Shown: positions 9,091 through 17,966 of the stretch, one piece after another
How positions within the stretch are numbered: position 1 is the first letter of the stretch
How the letters are laid out: every line of letters starts with the position of its first letter
Source of the DNA: Candidatus Brocadia sp.
GTDB lineage: Bacteria > Planctomycetota > Brocadiia > Brocadiales > Brocadiaceae
DNA length: 32,000 nt
Direction of reading: 5' to 3'
Assembly (NCBI GenBank): GCA_021650915.1
Contig: CP091279.1
Span: forward strand, 150,001-182,000
Position numbers and translations under genes: made by a program
Notes under the pieces: model-generated
The model's input: only the letters and a program-made list of their open reading frames with translations
What the model was told of the DNA's origin: nothing
Database searches by the model: none

Positions 9091-10203
9091 TCACGGTTGC
9101 CGGTTCCCCAGGCTATATTCTATGGCATCTAAAAAGCCATGTGCCTGTCTTTCGTATGTCCACTTCTTTATTTCTTCATCAGCGCTTTCGGACAATCTTT
9201 TGTGCAAACCATCGGCATCAAGTATCCTTCCGATAGCTTCATTTAATGCCCTTGAATCCTTCTCTGGAACGACAAATCCATTCTTCTCATTTTTTACCAG
9301 CCCTCCAACACCCGCGCCAACCGCATCCGTTACAACCACGGGACACCCCTGATTAAATGCCTCATTTACAACCAATCCCCACGGTTCTTTGAAAGTTTTT
9401 GTTGTAATGGAAGGTAAAACAAAGACTGTAGCTAGCTTATAATATGGCGGTAAATCTGAATTAGGAATGATCCCTATTAAACGGTAATCAATTTCGTTAT
9501 CTTTGCAATACTTTTCAACACGATTTTTTAAATTTCCGTGTCCTATAGCAACAAATGAAAAATCATCTTTATTTAACTTATTTAATGCCTCTAATAAATA
9601 TTCTATTCCTTTCAGTTCCGTAAGCCTACCTACATAAAGGACTATCTTTTTGTCTTTTGTAATATTAAACTTCTGCTTAATGAGGGTGATTTCATCATCT
9701 TTCACTTCCCTTCCAAAGGTTTCATTATCCACGGTCTGCCAAGCGATAAAGATTTTATTGGGGTCTACACCTTTATTTATTAAAAATCTCTTCCCATGCT
9801 CGCCATAAACTACGATAGCGTCGGAATACTCTTTCAGTACCTTTATTAAAAACCAGGAGAAAAGTTTATATTGCAGTGTCTCGGGGTAATACCAGATTGT
9901 ATGCCAGACGATAAATTTTGCCTTAATCAGTTTTGCAAGCAAAAAGCATCCGATAAACGACCACTTGTTGTTTGTGCATTTGATAATTACATCATATTTC
10001 TTCTTAAAAAGTTTGACCAGTATAGATTTTGTGGGTAAGTAATAGAATCTATCATCATAGAATACCTTCAGGTGTTTGATGTCTTCCTTTGTCTTGTTTT
10101 CATCATCAAAGAAGTACATATCAAAATTATGTTTTTCGGTAAGTAATTTATACAATTTATACCGGTAATGCGTGCATAGATTGGTAATGAATGCGATTTT
10201 CAT
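9091..10203 (-). CDS. GT4-family glycosyltransferase (intact paralogue of the 7929-8317 remnant)
   Basis: 370 aa. 'VLYVGRLTELKGIEYLLEAL...FVLPSITTKTFKEPWGLVVNEAFNQGCPVVVTDAVGA' fits the Glycos_transf_1 pattern. Confidence 0.85.
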   Translation of the reverse strand: MKIAFITNLCTHYRYKLYKLLTEKHNFDMYFFDDENKTKEDIKHLKVFYDDRFYYLPTKSILVKLFKKKYDVIIKCTNNKWSFIGCFLLAKLIKAKFIVWHTIWYYPETLQYKLFSWFLIKVLKEYSDAIVVYGEHGKRFLINKGVDPNKIFIAWQTVDNETFGREVKDDEITLIKQKFNITKDKKIVLYVGRLTELKGIEYLLEALNKLNKDDFSFVAIGHGNLKNRVEKYCKDNEIDYRLIGIIPNSDLPPYYKLATVFVLPSITTKTFKEPWGLVVNEAFNQGCPVVVTDAVGAGVGGLVKNEKNGFVVPEKDSRALNEAIGRILDADGLHKRLSESADEEIKKWTYERQAHGFLDAIEYSLGNRQP

Positions 10204-10406
10204 ATAATTTCTTTATATTGCCAAACATTAACTTGGCAGTTTCCGAGTCGGGCAAAGTGTTCTTTTATTCTCATTTTTATAAAACGGATGTTTAGTTCAC
10301 TCAAAAAATTTATAAAACTGCTTATAAAAACCTTCTCTTTTCTCAATTTCAAAAAGAAACAAGTAAGTATGTCCCTCTATTATTTAGATGTTCTAATAAC
10401 TGCCAA

Positions 10407-11594
10407 TCATTTTGAGCTTCTTTCGATGATATCTATTACTTTTTGATAGTGTTTTGAAAACTCATATTTTTTAAAACACAAGGTAGTATTCTTTTGATAG
10501 AAAGAAAAATTATTGAGAAGCCTAAGTATGGCATCACCAACTTGAGTTTCTTCATCTACACAAATTCCACACTGTGTATCTTCTATTAATTCTGCTAAAC
10601 CCGGCAGCTTATTTGATATAATTGGTAGTTCAGATTTTAGATAATAAAACATTTTCCCTGAAGCCGCACCCATTATAAATGAATTTTGATTTTTCTTATC
10701 AATTCTCCAAATAATACCAATATCCGCACTCCTTATCATTGTGTTATACTCATTTTCGTCTAAAAGATCTTGAGAAAGGATGACCTTAGGAAATTGATTC
10801 TTAAGGCTAATAATCTTTTGAATATAATCCTTTGGCCCAAAACCATGTATTACAAAAACACACCCATCAGGCCATAGATGTGTATATTGAATTAAATCTC
10901 TTATCCCTATAGCTTCGGATATTTGTCCGGCATAGAGAATAATTTTGCTATTCATATCGATTGAATATTTAACTCGAAGATAATTGCTCCTTGGTTTTAT
11001 ATAATCACCATTATCTCTTAATGGACTATTTGGTACAAAAAGAACACTATTGTTAATAGAAAAAGCATTTGTTGTATATAAAAGTTCTGCTCTTTGTTTA
11101 TCCTGAATTACGGTCAATTCCGATCTTCTATGGAAAAATCTTTCTAGCTTTTTTAATACTATATAATGTAACCAATGCAGCACCTTGAATTTTGCTTGCA
11201 ATCTATAAACCGCTGGTGTCAAAACTTCTAGTGAATAATATACAATCGGCAATCTAAGAATTATTCCAAGGGCTCCTGCTATTATTAATCCATAAGGGTC
11301 AAAACCTATCAGACGGATATAATTTCGTCCTTTGCAATATTTATAAGAGTTGCGGATAAAACTAAATACTGTTGATATTCTTTTAAGTGGATTCAGAGTT
11401 GGGATAGATTTCGAGACGTATATAATGTTTACATTTGGGATATTTACTCCCTCATTTCCTGACTCGCATTTATAAATATCTACTTCATAACCACTTTTCG
11501 CCCACATGATAGCACTATTAACGATAGAAGGACTGATTTTAAGGGGATGCATATAATGAACGAAGAATGCAATTCTTTTTATTTGTGTTGACAT
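10407..11594 (-). CDS. GT-B fold glycosyltransferase (GT1/GT4-like)
   Basis: 395 aa. The C-terminal half, 'ILYAGQISEAIGIRDL...VIHGFGP...GKMFYYLKSELPIISNKLPGLAELI', looks like a divergent Glycos_transf_1 domain. Confidence 0.6.
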   Translation of the reverse strand: MSTQIKRIAFFVHYMHPLKISPSIVNSAIMWAKSGYEVDIYKCESGNEGVNIPNVNIIYVSKSIPTLNPLKRISTVFSFIRNSYKYCKGRNYIRLIGFDPYGLIIAGALGIILRLPIVYYSLEVLTPAVYRLQAKFKVLHWLHYIVLKKLERFFHRRSELTVIQDKQRAELLYTTNAFSINNSVLFVPNSPLRDNGDYIKPRSNYLRVKYSIDMNSKIILYAGQISEAIGIRDLIQYTHLWPDGCVFVIHGFGPKDYIQKIISLKNQFPKVILSQDLLDENEYNTMIRSADIGIIWRIDKKNQNSFIMGAASGKMFYYLKSELPIISNKLPGLAELIEDTQCGICVDEETQVGDAILRLLNNFSFYQKNTTLCFKKYEFSKHYQKVIDIIERSSK

Positions 11595-11611
11595 ATCTCT
11601 TTTGGGTAATT

Positions 11612-12988
11612 TCAGATTATATTAACTTGCCTTGCAATAAGATGGTCATTGTCTAACCTTGCCAAACGATACCATACAAAGATTAAGATAAAAGCTACCC
11701 AAGTTGTTCTTTCAATGGTAAATAAAGAATCATTATGGAATAATGCATGTGTTGAAAGTGTCACAAAGGTAGATGTGATTCCCTTCCCATATCTAGCAAT
11801 AATCTGGTTATTAGCAAAATTAAGATACCTAATTTTGTCAATTATTGATAAAAAGACATAAAAAATTAATAATCCAATAACCCATCCAAAGTACATGATG
11901 ATTCTTAAATATCCGTTATGGACGAGAGCATATTCTCCTTTCTCATCTGGAACAACATTATAACCTTTAGCTGTAGCCAAACGACCCCAGCTTTCTTCTT
12001 TCATACCTTTGAAAAATAAACCTTGGGGATTTTCCAGTGCTATTTCTAAACAAGCTTCTTGCATTTCTAAACGTGTATAAATATCACTCTGTGTAAATCG
12101 TTCAAATATGGTTTTGCCTGATATGTGCCTTTGGTAAATTTTTTTGAACGTTCCCAATGTTTTAAAATCATTAAAAAGAAACTGCAAAAAGACTGTAATA
12201 ATGCAAAAAAAAATTATTATAAAACTAAATGAAATAATCTTCTTAAGAATTTTTTTATCTCGAAATGAATATAACACAAATATCGAGATACCAGCAAATA
12301 TTGCAGGGACGGTAGCTCTTTCTGCCGTATAAACTAAGACAATCAAAGCAAGGAGAAGTGAAATACCCCATAAAACTCTCCAATACCCGCTGTCAATAAA
12401 AAAAAGACAAATGAAAAGTGTGGTACCACCGGCTACTTGATAACCGAATAAATACGAAGCTGAACTTAAGCCAGCAAGTAACAAATGAGATGGTTGTGAT
12501 ATATTATTGCCGATTAATGTATCATAATACCTGCCATATAGAGAATATCTAAGAGATATATACTCTCCAAAGTATATAATTCCTACGAAAGAAAATAAAA
12601 GGGAAATTACAAGAAATATAGCAAACGATTTTGTTAAATAGATAGCATTGTCTATACTATTTTTCCCAAAATTCAAGAGTATTAAACAAAGGATAAATGG
12701 TACTATTATTCTTGTAATACATTCATATAATTCATTTTCGCCAAATACATAAGATTTTATATGGAATAGCATATAAACAATCATAATCCCTATAAGAAGT
12801 CGTATTTCTTTTGAATTGAAATGGCATATTGTTTTATTTAATAATTTAATTGTAACGAAGTAGTATCCACTAAAGATAAAAAATATTGTTAAACACTGAG
12901 GTATTTTTGTGGACGGAAACTCAGCGAGATATAAGAACAATAGAAGAAAAGGGAAAATTCTTGTTATTTTATTGATTATATTATCCAA
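11612..12988 (-). CDS. Polytopic membrane protein, Wzy-type polymerase / O-antigen-ligase-like
   Basis: 458 aa, very hydrophobic with at least 10 helices, and located between glycosyltransferases. I could verify no specific catalytic motif. Confidence 0.6.
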   Translation of the reverse strand: MDNIINKITRIFPFLLLFLYLAEFPSTKIPQCLTIFFIFSGYYFVTIKLLNKTICHFNSKEIRLLIGIMIVYMLFHIKSYVFGENELYECITRIIVPFILCLILLNFGKNSIDNAIYLTKSFAIFLVISLLFSFVGIIYFGEYISLRYSLYGRYYDTLIGNNISQPSHLLLAGLSSASYLFGYQVAGGTTLFICLFFIDSGYWRVLWGISLLLALIVLVYTAERATVPAIFAGISIFVLYSFRDKKILKKIISFSFIIIFFCIITVFLQFLFNDFKTLGTFKKIYQRHISGKTIFERFTQSDIYTRLEMQEACLEIALENPQGLFFKGMKEESWGRLATAKGYNVVPDEKGEYALVHNGYLRIIMYFGWVIGLLIFYVFLSIIDKIRYLNFANNQIIARYGKGITSTFVTLSTHALFHNDSLFTIERTTWVAFILIFVWYRLARLDNDHLIARQVNII

Positions 12989-13950
12989 TTCTTTTTCTTT
13001 ATAAAAAATCTGAGTTTACTATCACATATAACTTTATATTCATACTTTGCTCTTGCTAAATAATATTGAGCCCAGACCTTATAGACAAGGTGTTTTTTCC
13101 CCTTTTTAAATATTGTTAAACATGTAACAATTTGATAAAAGGAATATAATAAAAAAAATATTGACGTTCTTAAAACCAATATTTGTCTTGATATATTTTT
13201 TCTATATCTTAGCTGTGAGAAAGAGCGTTCCACTCCACATTTAAACGCCCTTTCCTGAAAATATTTGATATCTATTCTTTGTTTGGGAATAATATGCCAT
13301 ACAATTGCATTAGGATTATATACTATCTTTCTACCCGATGTGTGCAACTTTCTCAAAAGCCCCATTTCTCCATCGCCTCGAAAATACCAATATTTTCTAT
13401 CAGGGAAACCGTCTGGATTGAATCCACCTATATCAAAAAGTATTTGCCGACGTATTGAAAAATTGCAACCATATAACACTTCGGTTTCTTTAATTTCTTC
13501 TCCTAAATCCAAGATGCTTAACCAGGATAAAGAAAATAATTTTATCCATTCCGGGGGATTTACTTCCCACTTTGGTAGTATCTTGCCTCCTACGCATCCG
13601 ACTACTGGGTCTGCATAAGGTTTTAAAATCTCATTCAAAAGGTTTTCATCAGCTATGATATCATCGTCTACATATAACAATATTTCACCTTTTGAAGCTT
13701 TGGCTCCTGTATGTCTTGCATTATGAAGACCTATACTCGGTTCTGGTAAATACATTATAAAACATCTATTTTTATCAATATCTCTTTCCTCTTTTTCAAC
13801 CAATATTTTTGTTTCATCAGTACAAGAATTATCTACAACAATAATTTCATAGCCTATAAAAACCTGTTGTTTTAAGCTTCTTATTGTATTTGCTAAAGAT
13901 TCGGTTCTATTATATGTTGGAATAATTACTGATATTTTTAATTTATCCAT
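12976..13950 (-). CDS. GT2-family glycosyltransferase
   Basis: 'ISVIIPTYNRTESL...IIVVDNSCTDET...ARHTGAKASKGEILLYVDDDI' carries the GT-A DxD signature. Confidence 0.85.
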   Translation of the reverse strand: MDKLKISVIIPTYNRTESLANTIRSLKQQVFIGYEIIVVDNSCTDETKILVEKEERDIDKNRCFIMYLPEPSIGLHNARHTGAKASKGEILLYVDDDIIADENLLNEILKPYADPVVGCVGGKILPKWEVNPPEWIKLFSLSWLSILDLGEEIKETEVLYGCNFSIRRQILFDIGGFNPDGFPDRKYWYFRGDGEMGLLRKLHTSGRKIVYNPNAIVWHIIPKQRIDIKYFQERAFKCGVERSFSQLRYRKNISRQILVLRTSIFFLLYSFYQIVTCLTIFKKGKKHLVYKVWAQYYLARAKYEYKVICDSKLRFFIKKKNWII

Positions 13951-13976
13951 TCTGTATTATTCTTGCCCAATAGGTA

Positions 13977-14591
13977 TTATCCACAATGTGTCCTTCTATA
14001 CTGGAATTTTGATTTAAATTCATTAACTACTCTCTTTACGCCTTCTGCCCAGCCAATGTCATGAAAAATTATTATCCCACAATCTTTAACTTTTGGAACC
14101 CAATTCTCCACGTCCGATTTGGTTGCCTCATAAGAATGGTCTCCATCAATAAATAAAAGGTCTATCCCCTTATTAAAAGTCTTTGCCACTTCTACAGAAT
14201 ATCCTTTTAAAGGTGTAATAAAATCTTTCATAGACCCTGTATTTTTAAGAAACTCATCAAAAGTATCTCTTTTGCCTTCACTCATGGCTTCATTACTCCA
14301 TGTGTCAACACAATAAATATGTCCATCCCTATCCTTGATTGCACTTGCAAGAAATACTGTACTCGCACCTAAATAACTGCCGATTTCAACTACGATAGCC
14401 TTATTCGGAAGTGATAATACTAGCTTATAAAGGAGAAGGCGTTCTTTTTTAGTTAGGTGAGTAAAGATATCAAAAAATTGCCTGTGAGATTTAATATAAA
14501 ACCTCAAATATATAGGAGTCCACAAAAGAATACCCCCAAAATATTTTATTTTACTATACAATAATCTTGCAATTTTTAGGAAAATATTCAT
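13977..14591 (-). CDS. Class I SAM-dependent methyltransferase (Methyltransf_24-like)
   Basis: 'VVEIGSYLGASTVFLA...IYCVDTW...DLLFIDGDHSYEATKSDVENW...GIIIFHD' supports the call. Confidence 0.75.
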   Translation of the reverse strand: MNIFLKIARLLYSKIKYFGGILLWTPIYLRFYIKSHRQFFDIFTHLTKKERLLLYKLVLSLPNKAIVVEIGSYLGASTVFLASAIKDRDGHIYCVDTWSNEAMSEGKRDTFDEFLKNTGSMKDFITPLKGYSVEVAKTFNKGIDLLFIDGDHSYEATKSDVENWVPKVKDCGIIIFHDIGWAEGVKRVVNEFKSKFQYRRTHCG

Positions 14592-14637
14592 TTGTTAACC
14601 CTTGCACATAAAGATGTTTAACATCGAAAGATACAGT

Positions 14638-15060
14638 TCAAGTATGTCGTGAAGACAGCATTAACCATGCAGGTTTAAGAAGATCATTTGTAGACTCAGA
14701 CAGATTTTTCACTCCCACAAGCGCTATCTGCGGATCTTCAAATGCCTCTGCTATGCCTTCAAGCCAAGTGGGGAACGCTTCAATATCATCATCGGCAAAA
14801 ACAAGAATGTCTCCCTGTGCCTTTTTTAGGCCAAGATGCCGCCCAACATGCAAGCCTAGTTGTGAATCACAATAATAGTAAAGGTTGTGTAATTTTTCTT
14901 TGCATGCTTGATAAACCTGTGAAGTATTATCCGTTGAGCCGTTATCTGCAATGATAACTTCGAAGTATTAAGGTGAATAAGTCTGGGCTACAATAGATAA
15001 CAACGCCCTTTCTAAATATTTTGCTCTATTTCGTGTAGGTATAATGATAGATGGGAACAT
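14638..15060 (-). pseudogene. GT2 glycosyltransferase remnant with an in-frame TAA and C-terminal truncation
   Basis: From the ATG at 15058-15060 the text reads MFPSIIIPTRNRAKYLERALLSIVAQTYSP*YFEVIIADNGSTDNT...GRHLGLKKAQGDILVFADDDIEAFP... The TAA at 14968-14970 is in frame. The ORF ends after about 140 codons, whereas the neighbouring GT2 has 324. Confidence 0.75.
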
Positions 15061-16539
15061 TCAGGTTATCGACTCTTTTGCAAGTTTAAAGGTTCGTTTT
15101 ACGAATTCTTTTTCTATTAACCAAGAGGCTGATATATAGATTATTCCACCTAAAATTATTATTCCTATCAGTTTAAACAATCCTAACATACCAACAAAAT
15201 CACCAGAAACGTTAGTTAGAGGATAGATTACAATGGCAATAATTAGTCCACTTATAAAAGGTACTCTTACGCAACTATAAAGATATGTGAATGGCAACTT
15301 CAAAATTTTATTTGCTACAAAAAAGTGTAATCCCATACTAACAATTGCTACGGCAAACCTTGCAAAACAAAAGGTTAAAAGGCCATAAGGTGCAGCAAAT
15401 ATGTATATAGGTATATAGTAAATTAATGCTACAAAAAGAAGCTTGGAATTTATATCTGGCCTTCCTATTGCTCTGTAAATCTCTGGATTTAATCCAACAA
15501 ACCATGTTATGGCATCCTTCAGACCAATAATAGCTATCACTATTTCAATGCCTTGCCATTTTTGTCCAAATATAATTAGAGAGCCTTGTTTTGCTAATAT
15601 TACAAATCCAATACCGATTGGAAAAGAAACAAAACAGATTATTTTTGTTATTTTGATAAAAGTTTGTTTTAATTCTTCAAGATTTGATTGTAACCTGGAA
15701 AAAGCAGAAAAAGCTATTGGAGTAAAATGACTTAAAAAAGTCCCGAAGACAAGCATAACAAAAATTACGCCCGTTCTATAAATACCCAGTTCCTTCACCC
15801 CCAAAAAGTGGCCAAGAATTATAGAATCTCCGCACATTAATAACCAGCCCAGTAACGCTTCTAGTGCAACCCAGCTACTAAAACCCAATAGTTTTTTTGC
15901 TAATTGATAATCATAGTTAAACCTTGGTCTCCATGGACTTAGCCTCCAATAAAGAAATACTTGAAATAATGCCCCTATTAAAGTACCAAAAACCAATGCC
16001 CATACACCTGTATTAAAAAATGCTAAGGGTATTGATACAATGCCTGGAATGGTGGCGGAAAATAGTCTGATCAAAAACAATTGTTTAAATTGGAATTGTC
16101 GTTGGAATAGTGCTTGATGTACAGATACAAGGCTAACAAGGACAATTTGCAAGCATAAAACCCTTAAGACCTTTGTTACTTTTGGTTCGTGAAAGAACTC
16201 GGAAAGTAGAGGGGCTATGACAAAGAGTATTAAATATAGAAAAAAGGAGAAAGTCAAATTTGTCCAAAAAATTACATTAGATGATTTATTGATCTCCGTT
16301 TGTCGTTGAATTAATGTCTTTCCTAAACCAAAATCCTGGAATATCTGTGCAAGGCTAATAACAATCATCGCCACGCCAACTAGCCCAAAATCTGTTGGTG
16401 TTAGTAAACGCGCAAGAATTAATGTAGTTATTGGTTGAATAGATCGTGAGGCAATTTCACCAAGTGCAGTCCATTTTACTGATTTAATTGCATTCGTTTT
16501 AATATTAGAAACTACTTGAAACCCTTCTACGCTTTTCAT
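15061..16539 (-). CDS. Wzx-type polysaccharide flippase (MOP/PST superfamily)
   Basis: 492 aa with 12 or more hydrophobic helices. The N-terminus 'WTALGEIASRSIQPITTLILARLLTPTDFGLVG' is typical of PST flippases. Confidence 0.8.
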   Translation of the reverse strand: MKSVEGFQVVSNIKTNAIKSVKWTALGEIASRSIQPITTLILARLLTPTDFGLVGVAMIVISLAQIFQDFGLGKTLIQRQTEINKSSNVIFWTNLTFSFFLYLILFVIAPLLSEFFHEPKVTKVLRVLCLQIVLVSLVSVHQALFQRQFQFKQLFLIRLFSATIPGIVSIPLAFFNTGVWALVFGTLIGALFQVFLYWRLSPWRPRFNYDYQLAKKLLGFSSWVALEALLGWLLMCGDSIILGHFLGVKELGIYRTGVIFVMLVFGTFLSHFTPIAFSAFSRLQSNLEELKQTFIKITKIICFVSFPIGIGFVILAKQGSLIIFGQKWQGIEIVIAIIGLKDAITWFVGLNPEIYRAIGRPDINSKLLFVALIYYIPIYIFAAPYGLLTFCFARFAVAIVSMGLHFFVANKILKLPFTYLYSCVRVPFISGLIIAIVIYPLTNVSGDFVGMLGLFKLIGIIILGGIIYISASWLIEKEFVKRTFKLAKESIT

Positions 16540-17054
16540 TTCTCAAACACCGCAGCAAAGTTATCTGGTAGAGGTATGTCGGTTGCATCTGCACCTATTT
16601 TGTTGCCATTTATTCCTTTTGGATAAGCAAGATCCAAAGCATAGGCAGTACAACCATACAATCGTTCTGATATTTCAAACCATGGACTACTTGATGCTGC
16701 TATATCAATTAATTTGTCACCTTCCTTTAACTCAAGCAATTGTGCCCCAACATAGTGTTCAAGAGCCTTTTCAATAAAAACATTTCCATAATGATTTACG
16801 TATTCTTTTGGAAAAGATGCCTTATCAAGCCAATTATTGAACTCATCCACATTTACCCTGTATGGAATGACTGTAATGCCAGATGATTCAAAATCACTTC
16901 GTATTTTTTCATAGTTTTGAGGAGGTAATTTACTTTGCTTTTTGCTCGAGGGATTAAGATAAAAGCCCATTAATCCACTTACAATATGGCATGAAAGGTT
17001 AATTGTATCCAATAATCCTTTCCTATTAATTTGTCTCAATATTCTCTTTATCAT
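16536..17054 (-). CDS. Hypothetical protein; possibly the N-terminal two-thirds of a methyltransferase-like protein
   Basis: 172 aa. '...FIEKALEHYVGAQLL...LIDIAASSSPWFEISERLYG..AYALDLAYP...IGADATDIPLPDNF' looks like the start of a Rossmann methyltransferase. It stops where post-motif helices would be expected. It has ATGA overlaps with both neighbours. Confidence 0.35.
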   Translation of the reverse strand: MIKRILRQINRKGLLDTINLSCHIVSGLMGFYLNPSSKKQSKLPPQNYEKIRSDFESSGITVIPYRVNVDEFNNWLDKASFPKEYVNHYGNVFIEKALEHYVGAQLLELKEGDKLIDIAASSSPWFEISERLYGCTAYALDLAYPKGINGNKIGADATDIPLPDNFAAVFEK

Positions 17055-17815
17055 GTTTGTTTCTGTTTACCTACCACCATCATATTCCAATCATTTACTG
17101 TCAGGTCTCTGTCAAGATTGAGAAATGGGTAGAAGTTGATATTGTCAAACCCGGCTACTTCCAGAAAATATTTAATTTCCTGAGGAAATAAGAACCGCAT
17201 GGGATGTGTCTCGTTGGCCTCACTTAATTCATTATTTTTTACATTCCATACTTTAAAAGTTACTTTTACAATGTGGCTTATTATGTCCAGTTGCGGCTCT
17301 GTAAATCTGATGACCTTTTCCCCCTTACCTGAATTTACTTCTTTAATGCGGGGTGTGGGTTTATCTGTGAGAACAGCAGGGCCGTGCCAGCAATCGAACA
17401 TAAATAAACCACCAGGAACCAGACAGTCTTTTGCCAATTTACAAACTGCTGCAATGGCAGCGTTGGTCGTCTGATAGCTCATAACCGCAAACATGGAGAC
17501 CACTGCATCAAATTTTCTATTCAGATTTATACTGGTTATATCGCCTTCTACATATTCAATTGCAATGTCTGCCGCGTGCGCTTTGCTTTTGGCTATTTCA
17601 AGCATATATTCGGATCTGTCTATTCCGGTAACTTTGTAGCCTCTTTTGGAAAGAATCAGCGCATGTCCGCCCGTTCCACAGCCAAGGTCAAGGATTGTCG
17701 TTGGTTTATAATCGAATTTTTTAAAAATTGCTTCTATAAAGTCGCATTCCTTTTCGTAATCTTTATCTTGATACAAATCATCATAGGCATTTGCATATTT
17801 TTCTTTGAAGACCAT
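17051..17815 (-). CDS. Class I SAM-dependent methyltransferase
   Basis: 'ILDLGCGTGGHALILSKRGYKVTGIDRSEYMLEIAKSKA...FDAVVSMFAVMSY...LVPGGLFMFD' supports the call. Confidence 0.85.
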   Translation of the reverse strand: MVFKEKYANAYDDLYQDKDYEKECDFIEAIFKKFDYKPTTILDLGCGTGGHALILSKRGYKVTGIDRSEYMLEIAKSKAHAADIAIEYVEGDITSINLNRKFDAVVSMFAVMSYQTTNAAIAAVCKLAKDCLVPGGLFMFDCWHGPAVLTDKPTPRIKEVNSGKGEKVIRFTEPQLDIISHIVKVTFKVWNVKNNELSEANETHPMRFLFPQEIKYFLEVAGFDNINFYPFLNLDRDLTVNDWNMMVVGKQKQT

Positions 17816-17890
17816 TGTTATGATACTCTCTCTATGACAAATTTACTTATGTTTGAGAGGATTCATTGCTTTAAATCCTATATAGTGTCT

Positions 17891-17920
17891 GAACGAAAAC
17901 GCACTTTTTGTAAAAGTGCG
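17891..17920 (-). terminator. Candidate Rho-independent terminator (minus strand)
   Basis: A 9-bp perfect stem (cgcactttt / aaaagtgcg at 17900-17908 and 17912-17920) has a 3-nt loop and is followed on the minus strand by TTTTCGTT (17891-17899). Confidence 0.4.
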
Positions 17921-17966
17921 AGGTCGATTTTCTATTTACCAATAGATAATTTTAAGATTTGAGATT

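Noticed and set aside
10200-10274. 24-codon upstream ORF (MRIKEHFARLGNCQVNVWQYKEII*) whose TGA overlaps the GT4 start codon
   Set aside because: It is too short to evaluate, has no convincing SD, and conservation cannot be assessed from one sequence.
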